NCBI GenBank assembly: GCA_045578865.1
Contig: JAZNLB010000024.1
Coordinates: forward strand, 735-64,734
Source of the DNA: Clostridia bacterium
GTDB taxonomy: Bacteria; Bacillota; Clostridia; UBA1381; UMGS1253
Direction of reading: 5' to 3'
DNA length: 64,000 nt
Positions 1-11,059 of the stretch are shown here, one piece after another; position 1 is the first letter of the stretch, and every line of letters starts with the position of its first letter. Both the position numbers and the translations under genes were made by a program. The notes beneath the pieces were generated by a model. The model saw only the letters and a list, made by a program, of their open reading frames with translations, was not told where the DNA came from and did no database searches.

Positions 1-244
1 GATATTTTTATAAAAATCCAATTCTTATTATATTATCCTCATTTTCAATTTTCGGATACATTATACTTTTTCCGGTTCCGCGTGTCAACCGTTTTTAATC
101 AAAAAAAACGCACAATACTCATTAAAAAGACCAATCTAAGAAATAAGGTTGTTCGTAAATATTAAATAATTTCGACAAACACACAAAAAGCAGAACCATA
201 GAGATATTTTAATTATTCTTTGGCAATATATAACCTTCCAAGGT

Positions 245-420
245 AATTTAGCTAAATTTTGCACATTCGTGCAAAGCGAAATTATTGCTCCGCAATAGCT
301 AAATTGTTTCTGCCGAAACAGTTAAATTAAATTCGCTTTTTAGCTGACCGAAGGTCAATTTAGCTACAAAGTAATTTAGCGTGCATTAGCACATTTAGCT
401 CGCGGAACGCGAATTTGGCT
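245..420 (+). repeat. Nested dyad array: 9-mer AGCTAAATT (4 forward copies) then AATTTAGCT (4 reverse copies), separated by six different perfect mini-hairpins
   Basis: Forward 9-mers start at 250, 275 (AGCGAAATT), 297 and 320 (AGTTAAATT). Reverse copies lie at 357-365, 373-380, 393-400 and 412-420 (AATTTGGCT). Hairpins: 259-274 TTGCAC/ATTC/GTGCAA; 284-296 ATTGC/TCC/GCAAT; 306-319 GTTTC/TGCC/GAAAC; 345-357 TGACC/GAA/GGTCA; 381-392 GTGC/ATTA/GCAC; 401-411 CGCG/GAA/CGCG. Confidence 0.85.
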
Positions 421-459
421 AAAAAAAGACATTATTCTTTGTCGAATAATGTCTTTTTT
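421..459. terminator. Bidirectional rho-independent terminator (ends the tRNA operon on the minus strand; also has a T-run on the plus strand)
   Basis: Perfect 11-bp stem AGACATTATTC (427-437) / GAATAATGTCT (444-454), flanked by an A-run and a T-run. Confidence 0.8.
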
Positions 460-461
460 CA

Positions 462-537
462 TGGTGGGAGTTACAGGGCTCGAACCTGTGACCCTCTGCT
501 TGTAAGGCAGATGCTCTCCCAGCTGAGCTAAACTCCC
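462..537 (-). tRNA. tRNA-Val (anticodon TAC)
   Basis: Reverse complement folds as a cloverleaf: GGGAGTT acceptor, anticodon arm TCTGC-CTTACAA-GCAGA, T-arm ACAGG-TTCGAGC-CCTGT, encoded CCA. Confidence 0.95.
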
Positions 538-540
538 ATA

Positions 541-615
541 TGGTGACCCGTAAGGGAATCGAACCCTTGTTTCAGGCGTGAGAGGCCTACGTCTTAACCG
601 CTTGACCAACGGGCC
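541..615 (-). tRNA. tRNA-Glu (anticodon CTC)
   Basis: Reverse complement GGCCCGT...; anticodon arm TAGGC-CTCTCAC-GCCTG, T-arm AAGGG-TTCGATT-CCCTT, encoded CCA. Confidence 0.9.
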
Positions 616-623
616 AAAAAAAA

Positions 624-700
624 TGGTAGCGGCGAGTGGACTTGAACCACCGACCTAACGGGTATGAACCGTTTGCTCTAGCCAACTGAGCTACACCGCC
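624..700 (-). tRNA. tRNA-Met, elongator type (anticodon CAT)
   Basis: Reverse complement GGCGGTGTAGCTCAGTTGGCTAGAGC...; anticodon arm AACGG-TTCATAC-CCGTT; ends CGCCGCTACCA as in Bacillus elongator tRNA-Met (from memory). Confidence 0.85.
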
Positions 701-734
701 ACATTTCTATAATTCGCCTCACAGCGACTACGCC

Positions 735-763
735 ATTATAATACATAAAAACTTCTTTGTCAA
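735..763 (-). promoter_or_regulatory. Sigma-A type promoter of the tRNA Met-Glu-Val operon
   Basis: On the minus strand, TTGACA (763-758), 17-nt spacer, TATAAT (740-735), about 35 nt upstream of tRNA-Met. Confidence 0.75.
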
Positions 764-791
764 CTCTTTTTTAAAATTTTTATATATTTTT

Positions 792-1961
792 CTACGAATC
801 ATCGATGCACACCGAGTAGTCCTCCACGGACAATCGCACGCCCAAAGCATCGCGGATTTTGTAGTACTCCGAGGCTGCCTTATAGTTTTCTTCACCTGTT
901 TTAATTGCTTTAATCATGAGATTTTTCGGTGTTTCAAGTGGCGAGATATACTCCATGGCTGTGATTTCATAACCGCACGATTCCAAGTACAGACAGCGCA
1001 TTGCATCCGTGAGCACATCCGCAAGGCGCGCTTTGAAAATCGGGTGTTTTATAAGCGGTGCAAATGCCTCATAATGATATTGCGAAAGCATTTCTTTGTG
1101 ACAACAAGGCACAACAACCATCGCCTTGACACCCGTCCGCACACCTAAACCGATTGCCATATCTGTTGCCGTATCACACGCATGCAAGGAAACGAGCAAA
1201 TCCACCTGCTCATCCGGTTGATACGCTCGCACATCTGCACAGACAAATCGCATATTTTTGTATCCGAGATTGTCTGCCATACGGCGGGACGCTGTGATAA
1301 CTGTTTCAGAATAATCTACGCCGATAAAACTGCAATCCATTTTCAGCATATCACGCATATAGTAATTGAGCACAAACGACAGATAGGACTTGCCGCAGGC
1401 ACAGTCCAAAACACAAACGCGTCTGTTTTTCGGCAGCGTATCAATCACCGGTTTTAAAATTTCAATATAGTGGTCAATTTGATTATACTTACGGATTTTA
1501 TCGTTTTTTATCTTACCTTCCTTGCTCATGATGCCGATTTCTTTTAAAAGCGCATCCGCTCTGCCCGGCTTTATAATATATTCTCTGCCACCGGAGGCAT
1601 TTATATTCGTATCTCCAGCAAAAGAATTGTCCGTTTGTTTCGTTCGCACACCGCGGTCATCTGCTTCCAAAATCAAATTCGTGCCTCGTTCTGCATATGT
1701 AAACACCAAAGACTCATATTTCACACTCTCGGATGCAATATAATCTGCCACACCCGATAAATCCGTTTTATGCTTAACGCCGTTCATCGTTACAACAAAA
1801 CCGTTGTCCTCCGGCAACACTTCCCCCGTAAATCTCTTGGTGCCGGATTTAAAGGCCACCGCCATTTTCACGAAATAATCTTTCTTTTCATTGTATCGAC
1901 CGGTAATCCCTAAAAGCATAAATTTAATCTTGTCCGTCGTTGTTTTCTTCATAATCCTCAA
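792..1961 (-). CDS. Class I SAM-dependent methyltransferase with a ~170-aa N-terminal domain of unknown function
   Basis: 389-aa ORF. SAM-binding motif VLDCACGKSYLSF, then IGVDYS and VSLHACDTATD. The start may be the MKK at 1952. Overlaps the upstream radical SAM gene by about 30-38 nt. Confidence 0.7.
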   Translation of the reverse strand: MRIMKKTTTDKIKFMLLGITGRYNEKKDYFVKMAVAFKSGTKRFTGEVLPEDNGFVVTMNGVKHKTDLSGVADYIASESVKYESLVFTYAERGTNLILEADDRGVRTKQTDNSFAGDTNINASGGREYIIKPGRADALLKEIGIMSKEGKIKNDKIRKYNQIDHYIEILKPVIDTLPKNRRVCVLDCACGKSYLSFVLNYYMRDMLKMDCSFIGVDYSETVITASRRMADNLGYKNMRFVCADVRAYQPDEQVDLLVSLHACDTATDMAIGLGVRTGVKAMVVVPCCHKEMLSQYHYEAFAPLIKHPIFKARLADVLTDAMRCLYLESCGYEITAMEYISPLETPKNLMIKAIKTGEENYKAASEYYKIRDALGVRLSVEDYSVCIDDS

Positions 1962-3663
1962 CCGCCAAACTGTATGTTTTTTTGTTTAAATAATCAAATA
2001 TTGTTATGCCGTCAAATTTCTTTTGCGTAAAAACATCATACTCCATGCGTACAATGCGTACATATTTTAGCACTTCCTTGCGCGACATTGCAAGCAGGTT
2101 TTCCTCCAAAAGATTTGATTCGTATGCTTTTTCCCACGCATAAGTGTAATATGTTTTTGTTGCCGCAGGCAAATGCATCCACGGCGCCAACTGCGCCGTC
2201 TTGTTGTTTTTGAAAGCTTCGTAAGTTAAAAGCGCATCAAAAATCGCGTCCTCTTTGGCAATGCACTCCGTATGAAACCTATGAAATAGCGCATAGCACG
2301 CATTTTGCGGATAACTTGTGCCCGCAATCGTATTTTTCTGCCAAAATGCCGACAGTGCCTCAAAATAAGCAAATGCCGACAAACCGCTTTTTTCCATCGA
2401 ATACACAAGCGCTTTGGTATATCTGCCGCTATTGTAATACAACTCCAACACATTTTCTATCTGTTTTAGTTTCTGCATTTCAGCATAGGAAATCCATCGG
2501 CTTGCAAGCACCTCATACGGTGGCTCGTGGGTGTGGATATATCCAAAATCCTCCGCCTGTCCTCTGATTTTTGTGCCTTTTAACAGTTTCAAAAACCCAA
2601 GTTGCAGCATATCCGGCTTTAAGGCGAACACATCGCAAAAAGAGGTAGAAAAACTTTCATAATCTTCATACGGTAGCCCCGCAATCAAATCCAGATGTAT
2701 ATGCATATTGTTTGCTTGACGCAAACGCAAAACATTGGATTGTATTTTCTCCCACTTTGCATATCTGTCAATCGCTACCGATGTTTTAGCATGCGTTGTC
2801 TGCACACCGATTTCCAGCTGAAACCAACCTTTCGGAGCCGTTTCCAAGAGCAAAAGCATTTCCTGCGATAAGCCGTCTGCTGTCACCTCAAAGTGAAAAC
2901 AGGTGCGTTGGTTACTTTTTAATATAAAACGCAAAATTTCAACCGTTCGCTTCGGATCAATATTAAATGTTCTATCCGTCAGTTTTACAAGTGGCACACG
3001 CATTTCCATAAACAGCTTTAAATCTTCAAACACCCTGGTGAGCGAAAAGAACCGTACACCATGCGAGGTGGAAGAAAGACAGTAACTGCACCTGAAGGGA
3101 CAGCCACGGCTCGTTTCATAATAAATCAGCTTGTTTTTCAGACTATCCACCACATCGGCGTTATATACACGAGCAAGCACATCTAAATTCTGTATGCAGG
3201 CAGGCTCACCAATCACGAAAGCATCGCCATCTTTGTAGCACAGTCCATCTATTCGAGAAAAATTTATGCCTTCCAGCAGCGCAGGCACACTTCTTTCTCC
3301 TTCGCCGCGCAGGCAAAAATCCACATACGGATGTGTTTTTAAAAACGCTTCTGTTTCATATGTAATCTCCGGCCCTCCAAAGACAATTACCACATCGGGT
3401 TTCACGGATTTCAAACGACACGCAAGGCTTTCCAAAAACGGCAAATTCCAGATATAACAACCAAACAAATACACATCACAATCGAGCGCAAACAATTCTG
3501 AGCACACGCGCTCCACACTGTCATTGATGCAATATACCTTTGTCTCCAAAGGCAAATGAGCACAGGCGGCACGCAAGTTTATAAGCGCAAGCGAGGAATG
3601 TGTATAACTTGCATTTACTGCACATATACACGCTTTTTTACATTTCAATTTTTGCAATGTCAT
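1924..3663 (-). CDS. B12-binding domain-containing radical SAM protein (DUF4080-like C-terminus)
   Basis: CxxxCxxC motif in YETSRGCPFRCSYC, with an N-terminal Rossmann-like B12-binding region. Start set at the ATG at 3663 because GGGGAGGTG lies directly upstream; the track ORF extends to 3702. Confidence 0.75.
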   Translation of the reverse strand: MTLQKLKCKKACICAVNASYTHSSLALINLRAACAHLPLETKVYCINDSVERVCSELFALDCDVYLFGCYIWNLPFLESLACRLKSVKPDVVIVFGGPEITYETEAFLKTHPYVDFCLRGEGERSVPALLEGINFSRIDGLCYKDGDAFVIGEPACIQNLDVLARVYNADVVDSLKNKLIYYETSRGCPFRCSYCLSSTSHGVRFFSLTRVFEDLKLFMEMRVPLVKLTDRTFNIDPKRTVEILRFILKSNQRTCFHFEVTADGLSQEMLLLLETAPKGWFQLEIGVQTTHAKTSVAIDRYAKWEKIQSNVLRLRQANNMHIHLDLIAGLPYEDYESFSTSFCDVFALKPDMLQLGFLKLLKGTKIRGQAEDFGYIHTHEPPYEVLASRWISYAEMQKLKQIENVLELYYNSGRYTKALVYSMEKSGLSAFAYFEALSAFWQKNTIAGTSYPQNACYALFHRFHTECIAKEDAIFDALLTYEAFKNNKTAQLAPWMHLPAATKTYYTYAWEKAYESNLLEENLLAMSRKEVLKYVRIVRMEYDVFTQKKFDGITIFDYLNKKTYSLAVEDYEENNDGQD

Positions 3664-3709
3664 ACACCTCCCCACTAAAAATGGCAAGACAACGCTTGCC
3701 ATTTTATAC

Positions 3710-5152
3710 TTACATAGAATCGAGCAATTCTTTAATCATCGGATTGAGCATCTGGGGATTTGCTTTTCCCTTGGAGGCACGCATGACCTGACCAACCAAA
3801 AACCCGATAACATTTGTTTTGCCGTTTTTATAATCCTCAACGGATTTTGGATTGCTTTCAAGAATTTCCAGAACAATCGCTTTGAGCGCATCTCCGTCAT
3901 TGACCTGTTCAAGACCTTCCTCTTTCACAATGACCTCCGGCGTTTTTCCGGTTTCAAACATTATGGAGAGCACCTTTTTGCCCGCCGTATTGCTGATTGT
4001 ACCTTTTTCAATCAACGCAATCAAGGCTGTGAGTTGTTCAGGCGCAATCGTAATGTCCGTAATTTCAATGTTTTTTTCATTTAAAATTTTAGATATATCG
4101 CCCAAGAGCCAGTTGGCAACCGTTTTCGCCGTTGCGCCCAAATTTACACAGGCTTCAAAATACATTGCCATTGCCTTGCTGCCCGAAATCAGTCCTGCTT
4201 CGTAATCCGAAATGGAATATGTCGAAACAAAGCGTTCGCGTTTTGCGCTCGGCAGTTCCGGAATTGTCTTTTGAATTTCATCAATTTGCTCGTCCGTCAC
4301 AACAATCGGCACGAGGTCCGGATCCGGAAAATATCTGTAATCCTGCGCTTCTTCCTTGGAGCGCATTGCATAGTTTACGCCCTTGGCATCATCCCAACGA
4401 CGGGTTTCCTGCACAATCTTTTCTCCGGCAATCGTTGCTTCAATCTGGCGTTTTGCCTCATAATCAATTGCGCGCACAGCCGCAGAAAAAGAACTCAAAT
4501 TCTTCATCTCCGTTCGCGTGTTAAATGTTGCCTGTCCCTTCGGACGAACCGACACATTGACATCGCAACGCAACGAGCCTTCCTGCATCTTACAGTCTGA
4601 AACTTCCAGACACTCTAAAACTGCCTTCAACTCTTCCAAATACAGTTTTGCTTCTTCGGAACTGCGTAAGTCCGGCTCGGATACAATTTCAATAAGCGGC
4701 ACGCCACAACGGTTCAAATCTACCAAAGATTTGCCCGGCACAACATCGTGGAGAAGTTTTCCCGCATCTTCTTCAATGTGAATACGCGTTATACCGATGC
4801 GCTTTTTTGCTTCATCCTTTGTAATGTCAATATAACCGCCCACGCAAAGCGGCAAATCAAACTGTGAAATCTGATAGGCCTTCGGCAAATCCGGATAAAA
4901 ATAATTTTTTCTGTCCTGCTTGCCGTATCGTGTAATGGAGCAACCCGTTGCCAGACCGGTTTTAATCGCATATTCTACTACTTTTTTGTTTAGCACCGGC
5001 AAACTGCCCGGCATCGCCGTACAAACCAGACAGCACTGCGTATTTACATCCTTGCCGAATTCGGTTGAGCAACTGCAAAACGCCTTAGTCTTCGTTGCAA
5101 GTTCAGCATGTACTTCCAGACCGATGATGATTTCAAAATCTTCAAATTGCAT
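3710..5152 (-). CDS. gatB: Asp-tRNA(Asn)/Glu-tRNA(Gln) amidotransferase subunit B
   Basis: 480 aa. N-terminus MQFEDFEIIIGLEVHAELATKTKAFCSC and a C-terminal YqeY-like tail are typical of GatB. Position after gatA. Confidence 0.95.
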   Translation of the reverse strand: MQFEDFEIIIGLEVHAELATKTKAFCSCSTEFGKDVNTQCCLVCTAMPGSLPVLNKKVVEYAIKTGLATGCSITRYGKQDRKNYFYPDLPKAYQISQFDLPLCVGGYIDITKDEAKKRIGITRIHIEEDAGKLLHDVVPGKSLVDLNRCGVPLIEIVSEPDLRSSEEAKLYLEELKAVLECLEVSDCKMQEGSLRCDVNVSVRPKGQATFNTRTEMKNLSSFSAAVRAIDYEAKRQIEATIAGEKIVQETRRWDDAKGVNYAMRSKEEAQDYRYFPDPDLVPIVVTDEQIDEIQKTIPELPSAKRERFVSTYSISDYEAGLISGSKAMAMYFEACVNLGATAKTVANWLLGDISKILNEKNIEITDITIAPEQLTALIALIEKGTISNTAGKKVLSIMFETGKTPEVIVKEEGLEQVNDGDALKAIVLEILESNPKSVEDYKNGKTNVIGFLVGQVMRASKGKANPQMLNPMIKELLDSM

Positions 5153-5165
5153 TTTTGCTCCCCCC

Positions 5166-6623
5166 TTATACCATCGGCTTCAAGCTGAGGCCGACATTCT
5201 TTTCATACGCATACGCAGCATGTAAAATCGTTTTTTCATCAAAAGAATTACCGATAAGTTGCATACCAATCGGCAAATTATTTGCGCCCACACCACACGG
5301 AATTGAAATCGCGGGCAAACCTGCAATATTGATGGAAACCGTACAGATATCCGCAAGATACATCTCCATCGGGTCCGCTGTCTTTTCGCCGAGTTTAAAT
5401 GCAGTCACAGGTGCAGTCGGCGATAAGATGAAATCATACTTTTCAAATGCCGCTTCAAAACCGCTACGCACAACGGTACGCACCTGCTGCGCCTTTTTAT
5501 AATACGCATCATAATACCCCGAGCTGAGTGCATAAGTACCCAGCATAATTCTGCGCTTTACCTCATCGCCGAAACCCTCGGAGCGCGTGTTTTTATACAT
5601 TTCCATCAAATCATTGTAATTTTGCGTTCTATATCCGTATTTCACGCCATCGTAACGAGCAAGATTGGAACTCGCCTCAGCAGAAGAAATGATATAGTAC
5701 GCCGGAAGCGCCGCCGACAAAGACGGCATATCAAAAAACTCCACGGTTGCGCCAAGCGTTTCATAGAGTTTTGCCGCATCTAAAATCGCCTGCTTGACCT
5801 CCGCCGAAATACCCTCGCCCATATATTCGTTCGGTATACCGATGCACATACCCGCTACATCTGTCGAAAGCGATGCCGTAAAATCCTCTTTGGCAAGCTG
5901 CACACTCGTCGAATCCATTTCGTCATGTCCGCAAATCAGATTTAACACCAACGCCGCATCCTCCACATCTTTCGTCAGTGGACCAATCTGGTCAAGTGAA
6001 GATGCAAACGCAACTAAACCAAAGCGCGACACTCTGCCATAGGTCGGCTTAATGCCAACCACACCGCAAAACGATGCAGGCTGACGAATTGAGCCACCCG
6101 TATCGGAGCCGAGCGTATACATAGCCATATCCGCACCGACTGCCGCCGCACTGCCGCCCGAGCTGCCGCCCGGTACATAAGCGGGGTTTTGCGGATTTTT
6201 TGTCTTTTTGAAATAGGAATTTTCCGTAGACGAACCCATCGCAAACTCGTCCATGTTGAGTTTGCCGAGCATCGGCACATGCATGCTTTTTATCTTGCCC
6301 GCTACAAACGCATCATAAGGCGGCACAAAATTTTCAAGCATACGGGATGCACAAGTTGTCGCTATGCCTTTCGTACAAATATTATCTTTAATGGCCATCG
6401 GCACCCCTTCGAGCGGCAAAAGTGCCTCACCGGATGCAATTTTGGCATCCGCCGCTTTTGCGCTCTCCATCGCACCTTCAAATGTGGTAGTAATATACGC
6501 ATCGACCGTATTTTCCACGGATTCAATTCTTGAAATAACCGCCTGTGTAAGTTCGGCAGACGACACTTCTTTTTTATTCAGCAGCGCCATAGCCTCATGC
6601 GCTGTAAGTTTATGCAGTTCCAT
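5166..6623 (-). CDS. gatA: Asp-tRNA(Asn)/Glu-tRNA(Gln) amidotransferase subunit A
   Basis: 485 aa with the amidase signature [11 protein letters not shown] and a KDNI motif. Sits in gatCAB order. Confidence 0.95.
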   Translation of the reverse strand: MELHKLTAHEAMALLNKKEVSSAELTQAVISRIESVENTVDAYITTTFEGAMESAKAADAKIASGEALLPLEGVPMAIKDNICTKGIATTCASRMLENFVPPYDAFVAGKIKSMHVPMLGKLNMDEFAMGSSTENSYFKKTKNPQNPAYVPGGSSGGSAAAVGADMAMYTLGSDTGGSIRQPASFCGVVGIKPTYGRVSRFGLVAFASSLDQIGPLTKDVEDAALVLNLICGHDEMDSTSVQLAKEDFTASLSTDVAGMCIGIPNEYMGEGISAEVKQAILDAAKLYETLGATVEFFDMPSLSAALPAYYIISSAEASSNLARYDGVKYGYRTQNYNDLMEMYKNTRSEGFGDEVKRRIMLGTYALSSGYYDAYYKKAQQVRTVVRSGFEAAFEKYDFILSPTAPVTAFKLGEKTADPMEMYLADICTVSINIAGLPAISIPCGVGANNLPIGMQLIGNSFDEKTILHAAYAYEKNVGLSLKPMV

Positions 6624-6638
6624 ATTCGTCTCCCCTCC

Positions 6639-6926
6639 TTATTCCACAACTTTCGGCACGCTATAACAACCTGCCTGTTTTTCAGGCGCACAAGAAAGCA
6701 GAGCATCTCTGTCAGCAGATGCACGCTCCACATCCTCACGCAACACATTTTCTACGCGAATGGCATGATTGGTCGGCTCAATGCCGGCGGTATCAAACTC
6801 GGAAAGCGTATCCGCAAAAGCGATAATATCCGCCATTTGCGTCTCTAATCGCTCCGCCTCTGCCTCGCTCAAATTCAGTCTTGCAAGATTTGCAACATAT
6901 TTAACTTCTTCTTTTGTTATCTTCAA
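6639..6926 (-). CDS. gatC: Asp-tRNA(Asn)/Glu-tRNA(Gln) amidotransferase subunit C
   Basis: KITKEEVKYVANLARLNLSEAE is typical of GatC. Start assigned to the in-frame TTG at 6926-6924, preceded by GGCAGGAGGT. The longer track ORF (to 7040) overlaps ligA. Confidence 0.85.
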   Translation of the reverse strand: MKITKEEVKYVANLARLNLSEAEAERLETQMADIIAFADTLSEFDTAGIEPTNHAIRVENVLREDVERASADRDALLSCAPEKQAGCYSVPKVVE

Positions 6927-6999
6927 TTTGGCTACCTCCTGCCAATTCGTAATTTCCAATAAAAAATTATAACACAATTTACCTTTCGGTGCAAGGCAA

Positions 7000-9634
<2,635 letters not shown>

Positions 9635-9847
9635 CCCTCCGCTACGCAGCATATCTATGCTACTCATTTTATCAGGACTGTATAATCCGGAATCGGTAAT
9701 CTGTTTTCTATTAAATTCCAAAACTTGACACGAGCTAAATCATAACAAATCCATACATTTTGTTCGACAAATTCTACATTTCTATTATACAACAGTTTCC
9801 TGCTTTAATCAAGTTATTTACTAATTTTTATATCAAATCTAAATATA

Positions 9848-9876
9848 TTGATTCTTTTTTTGTTATGTGCTACAAT
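9848..9876 (+). promoter_or_regulatory. Sigma-A type promoter with extended -10
   Basis: TTGATT (9848-9853), 17-nt spacer ending in TGC, TACAAT (9871-9876), upstream of the DUF3842-like gene. Confidence 0.6.
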
Positions 9877-9907
9877 AGTTCTAACATTTTGTTGGAGGTT
9901 CCCATTT

Positions 9908-10327
9908 ATGAATATAACGATTATCGACGGTCAGGGCGGCAACCTTGGCGCACAGCTTGTCAAAGAAATTTTAAATAAATTTCAAAATGTTACTCTAACT
10001 GCCATCGGCACCAACGCTATTGCTACTGCTACTATGTTAAAGGCAGGAGCGACAAAAGCAGCGACAGGAGAAAATCCCGCTGTTGTTGCAGCCAAAAAAT
10101 CCGATGTAATCATTGGTCCTATCGGGATTGTGATTGCAGACTCGTTACTCGGTGAAATTACAGAAAAAATGGCCGTTGCAATAGGAAAATCTGATGCAAT
10201 TCGCATACTTATTCCAACGAACAAGTGCGATAACTTAGTTGCAGGTGTTCCCAATTTGAATACAGCAACATTAATCAACGATGCCATTTCTAAATTGAGC
10301 AGTATCATTGACAATCAAACCACTTGA
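9908..10327 (+). CDS. DUF3842-like small protein
   Basis: MNITIIDGQGGNLGAQLV... matches the family pattern I recall (N-terminal xIxVIDGQGGGIG). GGAGG lies 7 nt upstream of the ATG at 9908. Confidence 0.6.
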   Translation: MNITIIDGQGGNLGAQLVKEILNKFQNVTLTAIGTNAIATATMLKAGATKAATGENPAVVAAKKSDVIIGPIGIVIADSLLGEITEKMAVAIGKSDAIRILIPTNKCDNLVAGVPNLNTATLINDAISKLSSIIDNQTT

Positions 10328-10352
10328 CAAGTTTCGATTTTTTTAATATAAT
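10324..10352 (+). promoter_or_regulatory. Consensus sigma-A promoter for the ECF S-component/kinase operon
   Basis: TTGACA (10324-10329), 17-nt spacer, TATAAT (10347-10352). Confidence 0.8.
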
Positions 10353-10469
10353 ACACTCGTTACTCAGAAGAGTAGCCGTGAAACAGAAGTTTCTTTACTT
10401 TACAAATATACAACAATTAACGATGCTATGTAGGTGTCATTATCTTTGAAGAGATAGTGACACTTTTTT
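10353..10469 (+). promoter_or_regulatory. Unclassified transcription-attenuation leader: two AGAA-loop hairpins plus an intrinsic terminator
   Basis: Hairpin 1 at 10359-10376 (GTTACTC-AGAA-GAGTAGC). Hairpin 2 at 10380-10393 (GAAAC-AGAA-GTTTC). Terminator stem 10434-10463 followed by TTTTTT (10464-10469), 20 nt before the start codon. Confidence 0.6.
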
Positions 10470-10489
10470 CATCATAAAAGGAGTCTTTT

Positions 10490-11059
10490 ATGAAAAACCA
10501 TGTCAATGTATTAAAAATGATTCTTTCCGCCATGTTTTTGGCGCTTGCCTATATTATGCCGTTTCTGACAGGTCAAATTCCTGAAATCGGCTCGATGCTA
10601 TGCCCACTGCACATTCCCGTTCTGCTTTGCGGCTTTATATGCGGCTGGCCCTGGGGGTTGACGGTTGGCTTTGTCGCACCACTTTTTCGCTCTCTCCTGC
10701 TCGGAATGCCTCCGTTTTTCCCGACGGCCATATGCATGGCATTCGAGCTTGCCGCTTACGGAGCAATTTCGGGACTGATGCACAAATTACTACCCCGCCA
10801 AAAACCCTATATTTATTGCTCGTTGCTCACTTCAATGCTCATTGGCAGACTTATTTGGGGTGTTGCAATGTTCGTTTGCATAGGTGTCGGCAAAAGCACT
10901 TTTACATTTGCAGCTTTTATAGCCGGAGCATTTACCAATGCTCTTCCCGGAATTATAATACAAATTACATTGATTCCTGTTTTAGTTATGATACTTGAAA
11001 ACCCAAAAGTATTAAACCTAAAGGATTCGTTTGGAGACCGTTATGAAACAAAGCGATAG
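10490..11059 (+). CDS. ECF transporter S component (substrate unknown)
   Basis: 189 aa with 5-6 TM segments, and the pattern LCPLHIPVLLCGFICGWPWGL typical of ECF S components. AAAGGAG sits before the ATG. Confidence 0.65.
   Translation: MKNHVNVLKMILSAMFLALAYIMPFLTGQIPEIGSMLCPLHIPVLLCGFICGWPWGLTVGFVAPLFRSLLLGMPPFFPTAICMAFELAAYGAISGLMHKLLPRQKPYIYCSLLTSMLIGRLIWGVAMFVCIGVGKSTFTFAAFIAGAFTNALPGIIIQITLIPVLVMILENPKVLNLKDSFGDRYETKR

Noticed and set aside
245-420. Possible CRISPR array
   Set aside because: The repeats are only 9 nt and occur in both orientations. The 'spacers' are 11-16 nt and are themselves palindromes. No cas genes are present.
376-609. 77-aa minus-strand ORF from the track
   Set aside because: It runs straight through tRNA-Val and tRNA-Glu and the terminator. 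The tRNA cloverleaves fully explain the sequence.
10353-10433. THF (folT) riboswitch upstream of the ECF S component
   Set aside because: It shares only GAGTAG with the THF-I core and lacks the conserved CGCGTTAAG and GCATCCGCTC segments. It is left unclassified.
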